From the NCBI RefSeq assembly GCF_006345805.1, contig NC_042999.1, positions 122,946,001-123,010,000 of the forward strand: 64,000 nucleotides of DNA, given 5' to 3'. Shown piece after piece: positions 1 through 12,614 of this stretch (positions are counted from its first letter, which is position 1; each line of letters starts with the position of its first letter). The DNA is from Octopus sinensis. Lineage: Eukaryota. The position numbers and the translations under genes were made by a program. A model generated the notes under the pieces. The model did not search any database, was not told the origin of the DNA, and saw nothing but the letters and a program-made list of their open reading frames with translations.

Positions 1-2094
1 TTACAAACGAATATAATTAAAACCATACTTAGCATGAAAATGAAACCTTTCTAAAAACACACATTACGATACACGCACACACACACACACACATGTATAT
101 ATATACACACACATACGCATGTATACATATAAGCCACACCGATTAAATTTCCGTGGTTGGTAATTCATTCTGTATCGATACGTTCGAATGGAGATATTTA
201 GATGTTGATGGAAATATCCATTTCGTCAATAGTTTTAAATAATAGTATACCCAACATGAATGTAGGTCTATTTATCCAGTCAAAAGATGAAACTACTACA
301 TTTTCCTGCTCTTGTTAGTCATGACAGACGTAAGAATTTATGGCTATCCTTAGCGTGTTTTCCGTTCCCAAACGATATCTGCTGAGGAATTCTAGTTGTT
401 GCGTTAACCCCAGTGACGGCTGTCTTCAGCTGTGACATCATTTTTACCGAAATCTGCGCCTACGAAGGCACTACCTAGTATCAGTTTTTCCATTGCCGAA
501 AAGATTAAAAAGTCATTTTATCTACTATGATGTATATTTACAAGGATATTACTGCGGCGGGAAATGTTAAACAGCTCCGCACCATTCCATACGGACATTA
601 CATCTACCAAGACAGAGACTAGTTACAGGTTCAAAGTAGGAGGGAAGTATGTCTTGTTCAAAACAAACTAGCCAGCTGTGTCAACGTTACAAGGTTTACT
701 TATTTTTAGAATATAAAAGCAAATTATCTACAAGTTGTTCTATTACTGCAATGGAATATAGCAGATCGAAGACAGAGACTGACTAAAGATAGTAACAGCA
801 AACTGGAAATTTATCATTTTCCACCACATCCATTACAGATATCTTTTATCTTTCAATTTTTCTTTCTTTCGTTTTTGTTGTTGCTGTTGTAGTAGTGCTG
901 ATTTATCTTTTCTTTCTTAACTCTCATCTATTCCGTGTTTTGGATCCCCACATTGCTTGCATTTACGTTGAAAAAAAAAAAAAAAAAAAAAACAGGGGAA
1001 AAAAAAGAAACATGCAGAAAAGCTAGGTCGATGTGTATGTTGAGTTGAAAGATGGTGCGCGAGAGACTGGAAATTGTTTCTATTCTATTTAGTTGCTAAC
1101 AAGTGCTGCTACCGTTTTAATTCTCCGCGGCTCCGCGAGAGCCAGTCTGCCCCGACGTAGGTAGAATGCATCCCTCTCTGAGGAGAAAACGGCACAAACA
1201 GTGGTGGTGCACAGTGCCAAAACCACTAGCATCCAGTGCCAACCCAACCCGAGTAGCAGGAATAAGTCCACTTTAGCAACGATTTAATAATCACTTGCTT
1301 AAGGTTGTGATATAACTGTATCGGTTTGCTTTTTATTATTGCTTACTGCAAACTCGATCCTGAAAGGACGAGGATTTTTCATCTATAAAAAGTATGTGAA
1401 TCTTGCTTTTGCTTCTTCAGTTTATATATACATACATACATATATACACATATATATATATATTCATTGGCTGGCTATTTTATTTCATTTTCTTTCACAA
1501 TTACAAAAAGGAAAAAAAAAAAAAAGAAAAAATATTAAAAAAAAAAAAAAATTGAAAACCTGTGAAATCACTGCCGTGTTGGGTGCCCGATAAACCGGCT
1601 CTTAAGACTCGAGGATTATTATTATTATTATCATTATTATTATTATTATTTACCACAATCAACATCATCACCATCCTCTTCTCCGGTGTCACTGCCGCTG
1701 TCGTTATCAACTCTATCCGCCAACCACTATATGTATGGGTATCTACTACATTTGGTGATCATCAACTCTCCACTATATGCTGAGGGACACCTGACAATCT
1801 CTCTTTAGGTAGGTATGTACAAACCATGATGTTGTTATTGTTGTCGCTATCGTAGTTTATTTATTATTATCGTTGTTGTTGTTATTGCTGATACTTATAA
1901 TCATCAGTATTGTTTTGTTTTTTTTTTATTTCGTTTCCCTACATCTACCTACATTCGGTGATTTTTTTTTCCCCTGCTCTTTCTCTTCTTGATCGGTTTT
2001 TCAAACCCCCCTCTCTCCCACACTTATTCCTTATCTCGTGTCTAAAAATGAAAGGGCGTGTGGTGGACTCTAACACCACACTGACAACAAACAC

Positions 2095-2132
<38 letters not shown>

Positions 2133-3922
2133 ATATATACATATATATATAGGTGTTGTGTGTGTGCGTGTGTTTGTGTGTATTTATTTATGTATCTGCG
2201 TGCATGTGTGTGTATGTATGTTATGATGTATACGGTGGAAATTAAATATAAACTTCCCTTTGATAATTTTTCGTTTACCGTTTCTGTGTTTGTTTGTTTC
2301 TTAATTGTTTTTTTTTTTTTTTTTTCTTCGTGTCTTTTGTTACCGCTAACGAACGTCACCATTTCTATGCATCGCTTTGCCTGTCTTAACGCTTAGTAGC
2401 AATTACCGTTTAAATATTATATCCACGCGAACTGCAGCCGCTGCTTGCTTACAGCGTGTGGTAGGCATTGCTATACACGCAAGTGTATATACTTAACCGC
2501 AACATAGCCCCGGAAAGAAACGAAAAGATAAACGTAAAGGAAAAAAGAAAAAAAAAAAAAAACCTCATATTAAGCACTTTATACACACGCTTGAAAATCT
2601 GCGTGCTTGTGTGTGTGTGTGTGTGTGTATGTTTGTGTGCGTGCAAGAGAGAATACCTATATATCCATTTAACTATCAATATATATATATATACGTGTGT
2701 GTGTGTGTTGTTATAGACACACGCGCACACTTGTATATACACATATACATTCCAACACATACATATACTAATAGATAACTATGAAGAGGAACCCTCACAT
2801 CAAGAGGCTATGCACAATTGATTTTTTTTTTTTCCCCTCTTCATTTACCAGAATCTAAAATGTTCACGAGAGAGCGACTGTGAGAGATGAGTATTTTGTG
2901 AAAACCACGCCGTCGACTTTGAGAAATGGTGCTGCGACACTGTCGTAGCGTTGTTTAAGTAAGATGCTAGCAGGAGGAAACTGGTTATGATTAGTAGCTT
3001 TATATCATTACCATTATTGTTATTATTATTGTTGTTATTATTACTGTTACTATTATCGTCGCCGCCGCCGCCGTCGTCGTCGTCACCACAATCATCATCA
3101 TTATCACCATCACTGTAATCATCATCATCATCATTTATTTATGCAGAGTAGGTTCCCCGCACGGAAAAGAAACACATGTCTGTAGAGTGTGTAAGATTTC
3201 TACTAGACTGCAGCTCGTTACAATAGAGCCATGCATCAAGCGAAGGAATTTTCAAGTAGACGCTTAGCGTTCTAAAACTGTGTACGGTCATTACAAAATA
3301 CTTCTTCCCACCCAATAGTCAAGGTAGGTGCCATTCCTCTCTCCTTCCCCTCCACCAACTTTGGGATTAATTCTCCTTTCACGCTATTCAAGGCATTCAT
3401 GTTTGTTATCCTTAACCAGCACACGCACGCACATACACATACACATACAATACAATACAATATAATATAATATATATCTTTTGTCTGCGACTGGGTTCTT
3501 TGCTATTGACGATTGAAATTTGCTACCTACATATATTATACAGAAACAATCTTACAGTCTCCCCTCCCTCTATACACATATACACACACATTTGTATGTA
3601 CGTATAAGTATATATATATATATGGATGTATATATATATATACACACATGTATGTATCTGTACACACAAGAAACTCTACGACTATCGACATGATATTTGA
3701 TGGTGATAAATAGCTTTAAATTTGTTAGTTCAGCTTAGGTGGTCAAGATATGAAATGTTCTTAAAGTTTGTGTGTATATATATATATATTATATATATAT
3801 ATAATATATATATATATATTATATATATAATATATATATATATATGTGTGTGTGTGTATGTATGTTTGTAATCGTAATCTTTAATCCATCCATCATCTTC
3901 ACAGTCTTCTTTCTGTGATACC

Positions 3923-4225
3923 TTAGCTGATGATAAACAGGTTAACGGTGTCAAGTGCAGGTGTAGTTAATTTTACTCTGTGAGGACAGATAATTCTATT
4001 AGCATTTAGCATAGGTTTGGTAGAGTAGTACCCAGCTATAGTATACAGAATAGATATCACTGACGTTTGTGAGAAAGTGCACGCATATAAGACAAGCCGA
4101 ACTAGCGCATTCGCAGCAACCTTCCATTCATCAGCTTCTGTACATCCATCGCCAGTGCCCCTGTCATGACTGGCCACTCGATCGCGTGCCTGTTTGATAT
4201 AACACGATTCATGTTTCATGTGTAC
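3923..4225 (-). CDS. Candidate terminal exon or pseudo-exon resembling the M4 helix region of a Cys-loop ligand-gated ion channel (nAChR-like)
   Basis: Open frame VHMKHES...EADEWKVAANALVRLVLYACTFSQTSVISILYTIAG...stop. EWKxAAxxxxRLxL followed by ISIL resembles the pre-M4/M4 of alpha7-type subunits (EWKFAACVVDRLCL...IGIL). The conserved D of DR is V here, the acceptor (tag at 4226-4228) is weak, and I found no other Cys-loop exons. Confidence 0.28.
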   Translation of the reverse strand, partial: VHMKHESCYIKQARDRVASHDRGTGDGCTEADEWKVAANALVRLVLYACTFSQTSVISILYTIAGYYSTKPMLNANRIICPHRVKLTTPALDTVNLFIIS

Positions 4226-5931
4226 CTAGCTATTACACACACAGACTACCGTGCATCTATTTTGACTAATCAAGTGTGTAGTTGTGTGTGTTTTTTTTTC
4301 GGTATTCTCTTTGTCTTGTTCTTTTATTTGTTTTTATTATTTCCTCTTCTATTTTAAATTCCTTTATTCACCGACAACTGTTAAATTATTGAAGAAAGAT
4401 ATAAGATATACATCGATCGAAGCTTATCTGAGAGTTTATTTTTTTCTCTTTCCCTTCCTTTTCTTTTTTGGCGATTAAATACCTAGATGCGAATTTTCCG
4501 GGTTCCTGCATTCAGACTTATCTACTGCTACTACACACATCGTCTCTCATAGATTATTTCTATGCAACAATTTCTCTTCTCATAGGTCTTTGTTTAATCT
4601 ATGATTTCTCTTCTCTCCCTCCTGCATTCCCTTCCAGTCTTTCTTGTTCCAATTCCTCTTTTACGTACGTTTCATTAAGCAAGCCACGGCAACTATTGCT
4701 TTTTGTTCACGGTTCCACCCATTTAGCTATTTACCTTCAAACTATTATTCACTTGCCTTTTCTGTGTGTGTTTTTTTTTAGCCTATTCCTACTTCAGCCC
4801 ATTTTCTTTACGGTTGTCACCATGCATTTTCCTCTTTCCACCTGTTTCTTTTGTAACTTATATTTCTGATACCCTCCCATTTTCTCTTTTCTTTTTGCAT
4901 CAAACCACCTGCACGCTACCTTACAGGTATGGTGACGGGGATTCTTTCTGTATTCCAAAACGGCTTCAATTCTTTCACTTCACTCAGTTTTAAGCTCCTA
5001 ATCTCCTGACATTATCTCATTAAATTTTATTCCAACATCAAACCAACAATTTTATTTGAATCTATTAAGGTTACTTTTTTTTTTCATTTTACTGATATTT
5101 GAACTTATACACCAGATTTTTGAATTCACGAATTCTGGACGTTTTCTTGAAATGGTCTGTTATCTAACACCATTTTTCTGTAATAGAAGAAATGTTGCCT
5201 TATTTTTTTTTCTTTTTCCACTCCTGTTTTCAATATTTCATTCAAACGACATCTAAATATTATTTGTTCTACATTACATTTTGTCACCAACTACTAACCA
5301 TAAGTATCACGAGGCGCTCCGTTCGGTAGCTTCTTAATTCCGTACAGTGCTCTTAGATTTGTATGTGTGTATATAAATTTATTTCAAAAATAAATGCATC
5401 GGAATTCATCCAGTAAAATCTCTCCCCAACGCTAGCGATATGTAACTTGTTAATGACAAGGTCAGGAAGAAGCAACTATCACTTTTACATGACACTGCCC
5501 ACACTCCCTTCTTAGAGCCGTTGAAAAAGAAAATTACCATTATCAGAACAAATCTGTCTTAACATTGACATGTGACTGTGTCTTTATGGAAAATAAATTT
5601 TTTAGTTGCGATAATGAATAATTTTTAGCTTTTTGTGGAAATTACGCAAGATTTCGGAAGGAAATTCATGGAATTGAATTTTTGGAAGCCATTTCGATTT
5701 CATTCATTTGAAATAGTGTTAGCTGATTGCCGTTTCTTTTTGGTTCTACAGAACTAATCTTCTTTTAAAATCGCTTATAGCTATTGTTTTCTATAAATTA
5801 TGATCTGTTCTATTGTATATGTCACAATTACGAAAGAAGTCTTCTCTTAGCACGCGGATCTTCGTTTTCTTCATGGAACATCGCAACTGTCACTCAGTCG
5901 TCTTCTCCATTTATTCCATCTTCTAACACTT

Positions 5932-5941
5932 CCGCCATCTT
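5932..5941. promoter_or_regulatory. YY1-like motif (CCGCCATCTT / AAGATGGCGG) near a possible transcription start
   Basis: Exact match to the YY1 core. It lies 3 nt before a + strand GTAAGA donor-like site (5945) and within the CpG-retaining zone, before CpG depletion begins. Confidence 0.3.
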
Positions 5942-7369
5942 TCTGTAAGAATATCTCTTGTGTAATAAGCAATTAATCGAGATGATTACTGAAAATAGTT
6001 CGAATATCGGGGATTTTTCGGTCCTGTTGTTTTGGGTTTCATTTTTCTTCCTCCCTTATCGATCTCTAAAACCGCTGTAAATCTAAACAACTCCATATGC
6101 TCTTTTACTTAAGCTGTCACTCGTTCCATTCCCTAACGTAAATGGTTGTAGTGGCTCACTTAAATTAATTACTATAGCCATATATAATGTGTGGCAAAAA
6201 AAAAACTGAGAAAATCTAATTCCTTATCTTGTAACGATTTCTCAAAGGCATCAAGTATACTCAAGGAAAGCTTTCGACTACCTTCTGTAGTGGCATACTT
6301 TCGCTAACATAAACATGATCGCAGCAGCATGAAAGAAGCAACAAAGTATAATATCGACCTTTTGTTGCTTCTTTTCCCTTTAGCGGTTTGAATAGCAAAT
6401 CTGTTAAATCTGTCTTGATATATGAAATATAAAACTTTCACTCAGTGGGCTTTTGCCTAGTTATAAACCTATTTTTGGTCTTTTTTTTTTCAAATTTATT
6501 TTTATAATTTATGATTTCCCTTTTCCTTATTATGTAAGATATTAAAATTATCAATCGAAATTTTTTCATCTTTCTGAATTTTCAATTATTTTAATTCTCT
6601 ACATTCAGTCTTGAAATATCATACACTGGACATCATCAATCCATAGAAAACCAATAGATTTTGCTTTCGGAAAAGTATTGTCTCTAGTTCCTAATGAGAT
6701 CTGCAAGCACTGCCACTTAGCACCATCATTGTGTAACGACTACCCTTTCGCAACTTTGTCTTAAACTAGAAATAAGTGTCCAGTTTTATTGGGCTTACCT
6801 AAATAATTTTCTTGAAGAATTTTATTCAGAGAAACGTAGTACAGATTTCTCACTAATAGAATATTTAGTTTTTTTTTTTTTCCATATTTTAATGAAGTTA
6901 TGGCTCAATTTTTTCTTCCTTAGAAGATCAATGGAGAAAACCATAACACTACTTGTAATTTAAAAAAAAAAAAAAAAAAAAAACTTTCCTTAACATATCT
7001 GACAAGAATGTCTTGGTGATATAGTTTCAATATGGAACATATTGAAACGTATACTTTATAGGTAATACCATTCAGGATTATATTATATATTTTATTTTTT
7101 CTTAATCCTACCTAGAAAGATCGAATTGGTGTGCTAAAATAAAAATAAATAAATAAATTCTTCTGTGGAAAAAAGTTTTCTTCTGAAGGATTTCAAATAG
7201 ATTAAAATATAAATTCGTTAGATTTAAGAGAATCTTAATAAAAGGAAAACAAAAATAACGTAATAACGTGATTGCAGTGGGAGTTTTAGTAGTCATATTA
7301 ACTTATACACAAACAGATTTTAGTGTCATTGCATTCAAATTAAAATTTCTTTACAACTCTGTGTGTTCA

Positions 7370-7434
7370 TATGTATGATATATCAATATACATATGATAT
7401 ATATGACTGTATGCACACACAATATATATCTTTC

Positions 7435-7468
<34 letters not shown>

Positions 7469-9012
7469 GTGTGTGTGTATATGAACAAACATATATAAGC
7501 CTGTACATATATAGTATATATATAAGTATATAGATATATATGTATGTGTGTGCATTTATATATAATGTGCACACACTCATAGCATGTTCGCACATAGATG
7601 TACCTCTAAACATGTTTGTGTGTGTATGATATGTATATACATATAGGTATGTGTATATATATATATGTGTGTATATATATATATATGTATGTGTATATAT
7701 ATATGTATGTGTATATACATGTGTGTATATGTAGGTGTGTGTTTATATATATGTGTATGTGTATATATGTGTATGTGTGTATATATATATATGTATGTGT
7801 GTGTATATATATGTGTATATATATATGTATGTGTATATATATATATGTATGTGTATATATATATGCATATGTATGTGTGTATATATGTATATGTATATAT
7901 ATGTGTATATATATATGTATGTGTATATATATGCATATGTATGTGTGTATATATGTATGTGTGTATATATGTATGTGTGTATATATGTATATGTATGTGT
8001 GTATATATGTATATGTATGTGTGTATATATGTATATGTATGTGTGTATATATGTATATGTATGTGTGTATATATGTATATGTATGTGTGTATATATGTAT
8101 ATGTATGTGTGTATATATGCATATGTATGTGTGTATATATGTATGTGTATATATATATGCATATGTATGTGTATATATATATGCATATGTATGTGTGTAT
8201 ATATGTATATGTATGTGTGTATATATGTATATGTATGTGTATATATATATGCATATGTATGTGTGTATATATATGCATATGCATGTGTATATATATGCAT
8301 ATGTATGTATGTGTATATATATATATATATGTATATATATATGTGTATATGTATATATGTGCATATATATATATGTATATATGTGTATATATATATATAT
8401 GTATATATGTATATGTATATATGTGCATATATATATATGTATATATGTGTATATATATATATGTATATATATGTATGTATGTGCATGTATATATATATGT
8501 ATATATGTGTATATATATATGTGTATAATATATATATATATGTATATATATATATGTATATATATATATGTATGTATATGTATATATATATATGTGTACA
8601 TATATATGTATGTATGTGTACATATATATGTATGTATGTGTACATATATATGTATGTATGTGTACATATATATGTATGTATGTGTACATATATATGTATA
8701 TATGTGTATATATAGGTATATATATATATATATATGTGTGTGTGTATATGTATATATGTGTATATATAGGTATATATATGTGTATATATATGTATGTGTA
8801 TATTTATGTATGTGTATACATGTATGTTTGTATATATATATGTGTGTGTGTGGATATATCTGAGTGGGTACATAGGTATGTATGTACTGATATCTATCTC
8901 TTTATCAATTTATGTATCTCTTTATCTATCTCTTTATCTACCTGTCTTATCCATCTGTTTTTCTGTGTGTTTATCTATCTGTTTATCTATCTATCTATAT
9001 TTATATATTTAT
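7370..9012. repeat. Compound (TA)n/(TATG)n/(TG)n microsatellite array
   Basis: Seen directly; source of the overlapping 280-415 aa Y/I/C/V/M/H/T ORFs. Confidence 0.97.
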
Positions 9013-9568
9013 ATACGAATGAATTCTTTAATGAAATATGGTTTTGTGTGTTAGGGCAGTTTACAAGCTACAAATTTTCTTTACTCTAGTTATGTTGAAG
9101 CATACATTAATTTTTCAAAATAAAATTGCTTTGCAATTTTTTACCTTTTTTTTCTTTTCTTTTTTTTTTTTTAATCTTCTCATATTCCATTTGTCTGGTG
9201 TCTTTTCCGATAGGAAAGTTAATTCAAAAATTGTCTTATCCATCCATAAAGGAAGTATTCATTCAATATAGCATTTGACATAAATTAATTCCAAATATGG
9301 TCATAAATTGTTATTTTCCTCTGTCTTCTATCAAGGAAAATGAGTAAGACACTGATTGATATTTGGAACTAACAGGATAAAATTCTATCCTGATCACTAC
9401 CAATTAAATCCATATATCTTATGCTATTGTTTTACCTACCGAAATTGTGAAAGGATTTATTTATTTTCACTGCTAATTTTATCTGGCAAATCTTTTTGCC
9501 TAGCGTTTTGAAAGATATGTATGTGTGTGTGTGTGTTGTGTATATATATATATATACGTGTATACACT

Positions 9569-9621
<53 letters not shown>

Positions 9622-10467
9622 TATATTTTTCCAAGATATTTATCTTTATTTTCTTTTTCTTTTTTTGAACTTTTATTCAATAAGTTTTGCACTAAAAAGA
9701 ACACAAGCAAAAAAAGAATAAAAAGAAAGAAAGAATTTTATAAAGGACATGATTATTTCTTTCTCTTACTGCTTAATACTAATTTCACTTCTGTTATAAT
9801 ATGCTTGGAATTTGATATTAGTTAACAAAAAAAAAAAAAGAGAGAAAAAAAGAGAAGTGTTAGTGTGCTTCATGCAATTACCCTCAAACAGAATTTATTG
9901 AAGGAAAATCAATAGACCAGTTTAGTGAATTGTATGGGAGAGGGTTTAGTTAGGCATTGGAACCATTCTGAGAAGAAACCTAAAAATGGCTCCAATGTGA
10001 TATATTATTGATGTTGAAGTGAATTCATACTATAAATACCGTTCAGAATTTCATATATGAATAGAAATATATAGATTGATTCTGTTTGCACTGTTTCCTC
10101 GTGGTCTTTCTGTTTGCATTTCTGTTTCCTTTATGAAATAATTTGTATTGTTTTTGTTGTGTGTATATGTGTGTGTGTGCACGTATGTGTGTGTATGTGT
10201 GTGCAACAAGTGATGTGATGTTTAGTGAGGAAATAAATCCTAGACAGGAAGAGTGCAATTATGTGTACAAGCTACAGTGTTTAACCTTTTTTGAAATTTT
10301 CTATTTAATATCAATAATTGACCAGTTTCTGCATATATGTATTTAGATATGTTATAAATATGTGTGTGTTTGTGTCTTATATGTATATAATGTTAGTGTA
10401 TGTTTGTGCCTGTGTCTGTGTATATACATACATACATATATATATATAGGTACATATATATATATAT

Positions 10468-10755
10468 ATGATCATTCAATGTGTGACTGCGCGTGTATAT
10501 ATATATATATATATATGATCATTCAATGTGTGACTGCGCGTGTATCGTTGGCGATTTTTTTTTTTTTTCCTCCATCTTTCTTTCCTTGGATCTTTCCTTT
10601 TCCTATATTTCTGACGAAGAGCTCTGCTTGAAACGTTAAATCCCCCTTCTTTCTTTCCTTTCTTGAGCGTCCAATAACACTATACTTGTTCCACATCCTT
10701 GCGTTGTTGTGTTTTCTCGTTTTCTCTTCGTGTTTTCATGTTTGGATTAACTTTT
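10468..10755 (+). mobile_element. Penelope-like element (PLE) terminal-repeat remnant carrying a hammerhead motif
   Basis: Short non-coding segment flanked by TA repeats and containing a minimal hammerhead (10607-10641). Its 5' 30 bp (atgatcattcaatgtgtgactgcgcgtgta) is duplicated. PLE assignment is inferred from the known association of minimal hammerheads with PLE pseudo-LTRs. Confidence 0.6.
10607..10641 (+). ncRNA. Minimal type I hammerhead ribozyme motif
   Basis: ATTT-CTGACGA-A-GAGC(TCT)GCTT-GAAA-CG-TT-AAAT. Stem I ATTT/AAAT, core CUGANGA, stem II GAGC/GCUU, GAAA, palindromic ACGU stem III, GUU cleavage triplet. Confidence 0.7.
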
Positions 10756-11051
10756 ATATATATATATATATATATAATGCTTGTTTTTATGTTGAGTTAT
10801 AATTAAAAACAATTTTACATAAAAGTGAAGGATGAGAAGGATTACTCAATATATTTTGGAAACTTCAAGACTTTGAAGTTTTCACCAGCTATTCTTCATG
10901 AATGCTAGAAGACTGAAACTTCAAAGTCAATGTCACCACTATACTTGTATATGTGTGTGTATGTACATGTGTGTATACAAATATATATGTTTGTGTGTAT
11001 ATATATATAATAATATACACACACATATATATGTGTGTGTGTGTGTATGTA

Positions 11052-11107
<56 letters not shown>

Positions 11108-11688
11108 TAAAAATTGATCCACACTCAGAAATCTGGAATGTTTATATTTTGAGCTGAAGAAAAATATGCCTCAGTGGTATATTATGCCTGCTTTTGTAAT
11201 CATGTTTTTTTTCTTTTGTTTTTGTGTATATTCAGATATAGAAAAATTAAACTCAAATACAATAAGGAATCCATAATTGTAATATCCTTATCTTTGCTTT
11301 AAAAATGTCCTTAAATGCATTGAACCACTATATTTAATATCTTTGTATTTCTTAATGTACAATTATAGATGTTGCTAATTAGTCATGAATTTTTTTTAAA
11401 GACTAATATTTGTAAAAGCAAAAGAATTTGCTAAAACAAATTTTTATTTTTTTATTTTATTTTATTTTTTGTTGTTGTTGGCTATTACTCTAGTTTGATA
11501 CACTGTTTTTTTGGAGGCAATTTTGCAATCTTGCCTAAGAGCTTCTGTAATAGCTTTGCTAGTTTCCTCACAGCAGTTGTCAAGATTCTAGTAAATAAAC
11601 TCCCTATATTTTTTTTCTTAAATAAAATTGCTTATATTAAGTATTAATCATGATATAGGACATCATATTCTTGAATGAAGGGAAAAAA

Positions 11689-11876
11689 ATTTTGGCACAA
11701 GGCCTGCAATTGTAGGAGAGGATGCAAGTCAATTGAATTAACTCCAGTGCTCAACTGATACATATTTTATCAACCCTGAAAGGATGAAAGGCAAACTTGA
11801 CTCCAGTGGCATTTGAACTTATAAATTTGGAAGAAATACCACTAAGCAGTAACAATTCTGCTAGTTCACTGCCTTA
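11689..11876 (-). mobile_element. tRNA-derived SINE (Meta-domain-like core), decayed
   Basis: Reverse complement contains GTTCAAAT, TTTGCCTTTCATCCTTTCAGGGTTGATAAAAT and the GGCCTTGTGCCAAA tail, the same family as the 61.3-62.4 kb array. Confidence 0.8.
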
Positions 11877-12395
11877 GGTATTTTGTTATATTGAAGTTCA
11901 ACCAGTCCTGAAAAGCTTAACATCTTATCTTTGCAATACTCTTATGGACAGATTCATGTACTGGATCCTGCTTGACCCCAGTCGACTTCTTCAATGCCAC
12001 AAATGATCAGCTCAGATGGAAATGACCTGGCAAACTCAGCAATAATAGAAATTACACTATATATATTTATATGTATTTGAATTTAAGTGTATTTGGGTAA
12101 ATTATGTTTTGACTAGAAATTTTTATAAACTTAGTAACATTTGAACAAAGACTTTGATGGAAATAATTCATTCCAACTCTTTAACTCACTGCAACTTTAG
12201 TGCACCGCAGTTTGAGGTTGGTTGTAATTGTTTTATTTTTTGTTCTGATAGTAGCTGATGATTAGTAAATTTCCAAAAGATCACAATTAGAACACTATAA
12301 TCATAGCGTTACATTTATTCTTAATAAGAATTTTAAGTACATTTTTATTCTAGTGGTAGGAGACGTTACTCATGCTTATATAATGGATATTTTAA

Positions 12396-12614
12396 CCCTT
12401 TCGTTATCAACCTGGCTGAAACTGGCCCTGGCTCTGAGTACAAATGTTTTGTTTTCATAAATTTTGAAATAAAATCTTCCACTAAACCTTAGTCACAATT
12501 TATGTTCCTAACTCTAACTGAATGATAGCTAAGTTATTTTCTAAATTCTTTGTTATATTTAAAGTAATTGAAAGAAACACAGAGCATCTCAAAATAAATA
12601 CAGTAATGAAAGGG
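12396..12614. mobile_element. piggyBac-type MITE
   Basis: TTAA at 12392-12395 and 12615-12618. TIRs CCCTTTCGTTA / TAATGAAAGGG (1 mismatch). 219 bp, no ORF. Confidence 0.88.

Noticed and set aside
2852-2958. + strand exon-like segment reading LKCSRESDCER*VFCENHAVDFEKWCC, possible selenocysteine TGA at 2888
   Set aside because: All three frames have stops, no SECIS or homology is recognisable, and the opposite strand has equally good splice-like signals.
3005-3135. Graded trinucleotide run (ATT, GTT, GCC, GTC, ATC)
   Set aside because: Ordinary compound microsatellite with no coding context.
5832-5937. Minus-strand AAGATGGCGG start reading MAEVLEDGINGEDD*VTVAMFHEENEDPRAKRRLL
   Set aside because: In-frame TGA after 14 codons; the acidic composition is explained by tcttct-rich sequence on the + strand.
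6331-6344. 14-mer GAAAGAAGCAACAA shared with 18197
   Set aside because: A 14-mer match is expected by chance in AT-rich sequence of this size, and there is no flanking similarity.
7577-8873. Long 280-415 aa ORFs (and similar ones at 17-25, 27, 29-30, 32, 39-40 and 46-49 kb)
   Set aside because: They are translations of TA/TATG microsatellite, which lacks stop codons in most frames; composition is only Y, I, C, V, M, H, T.
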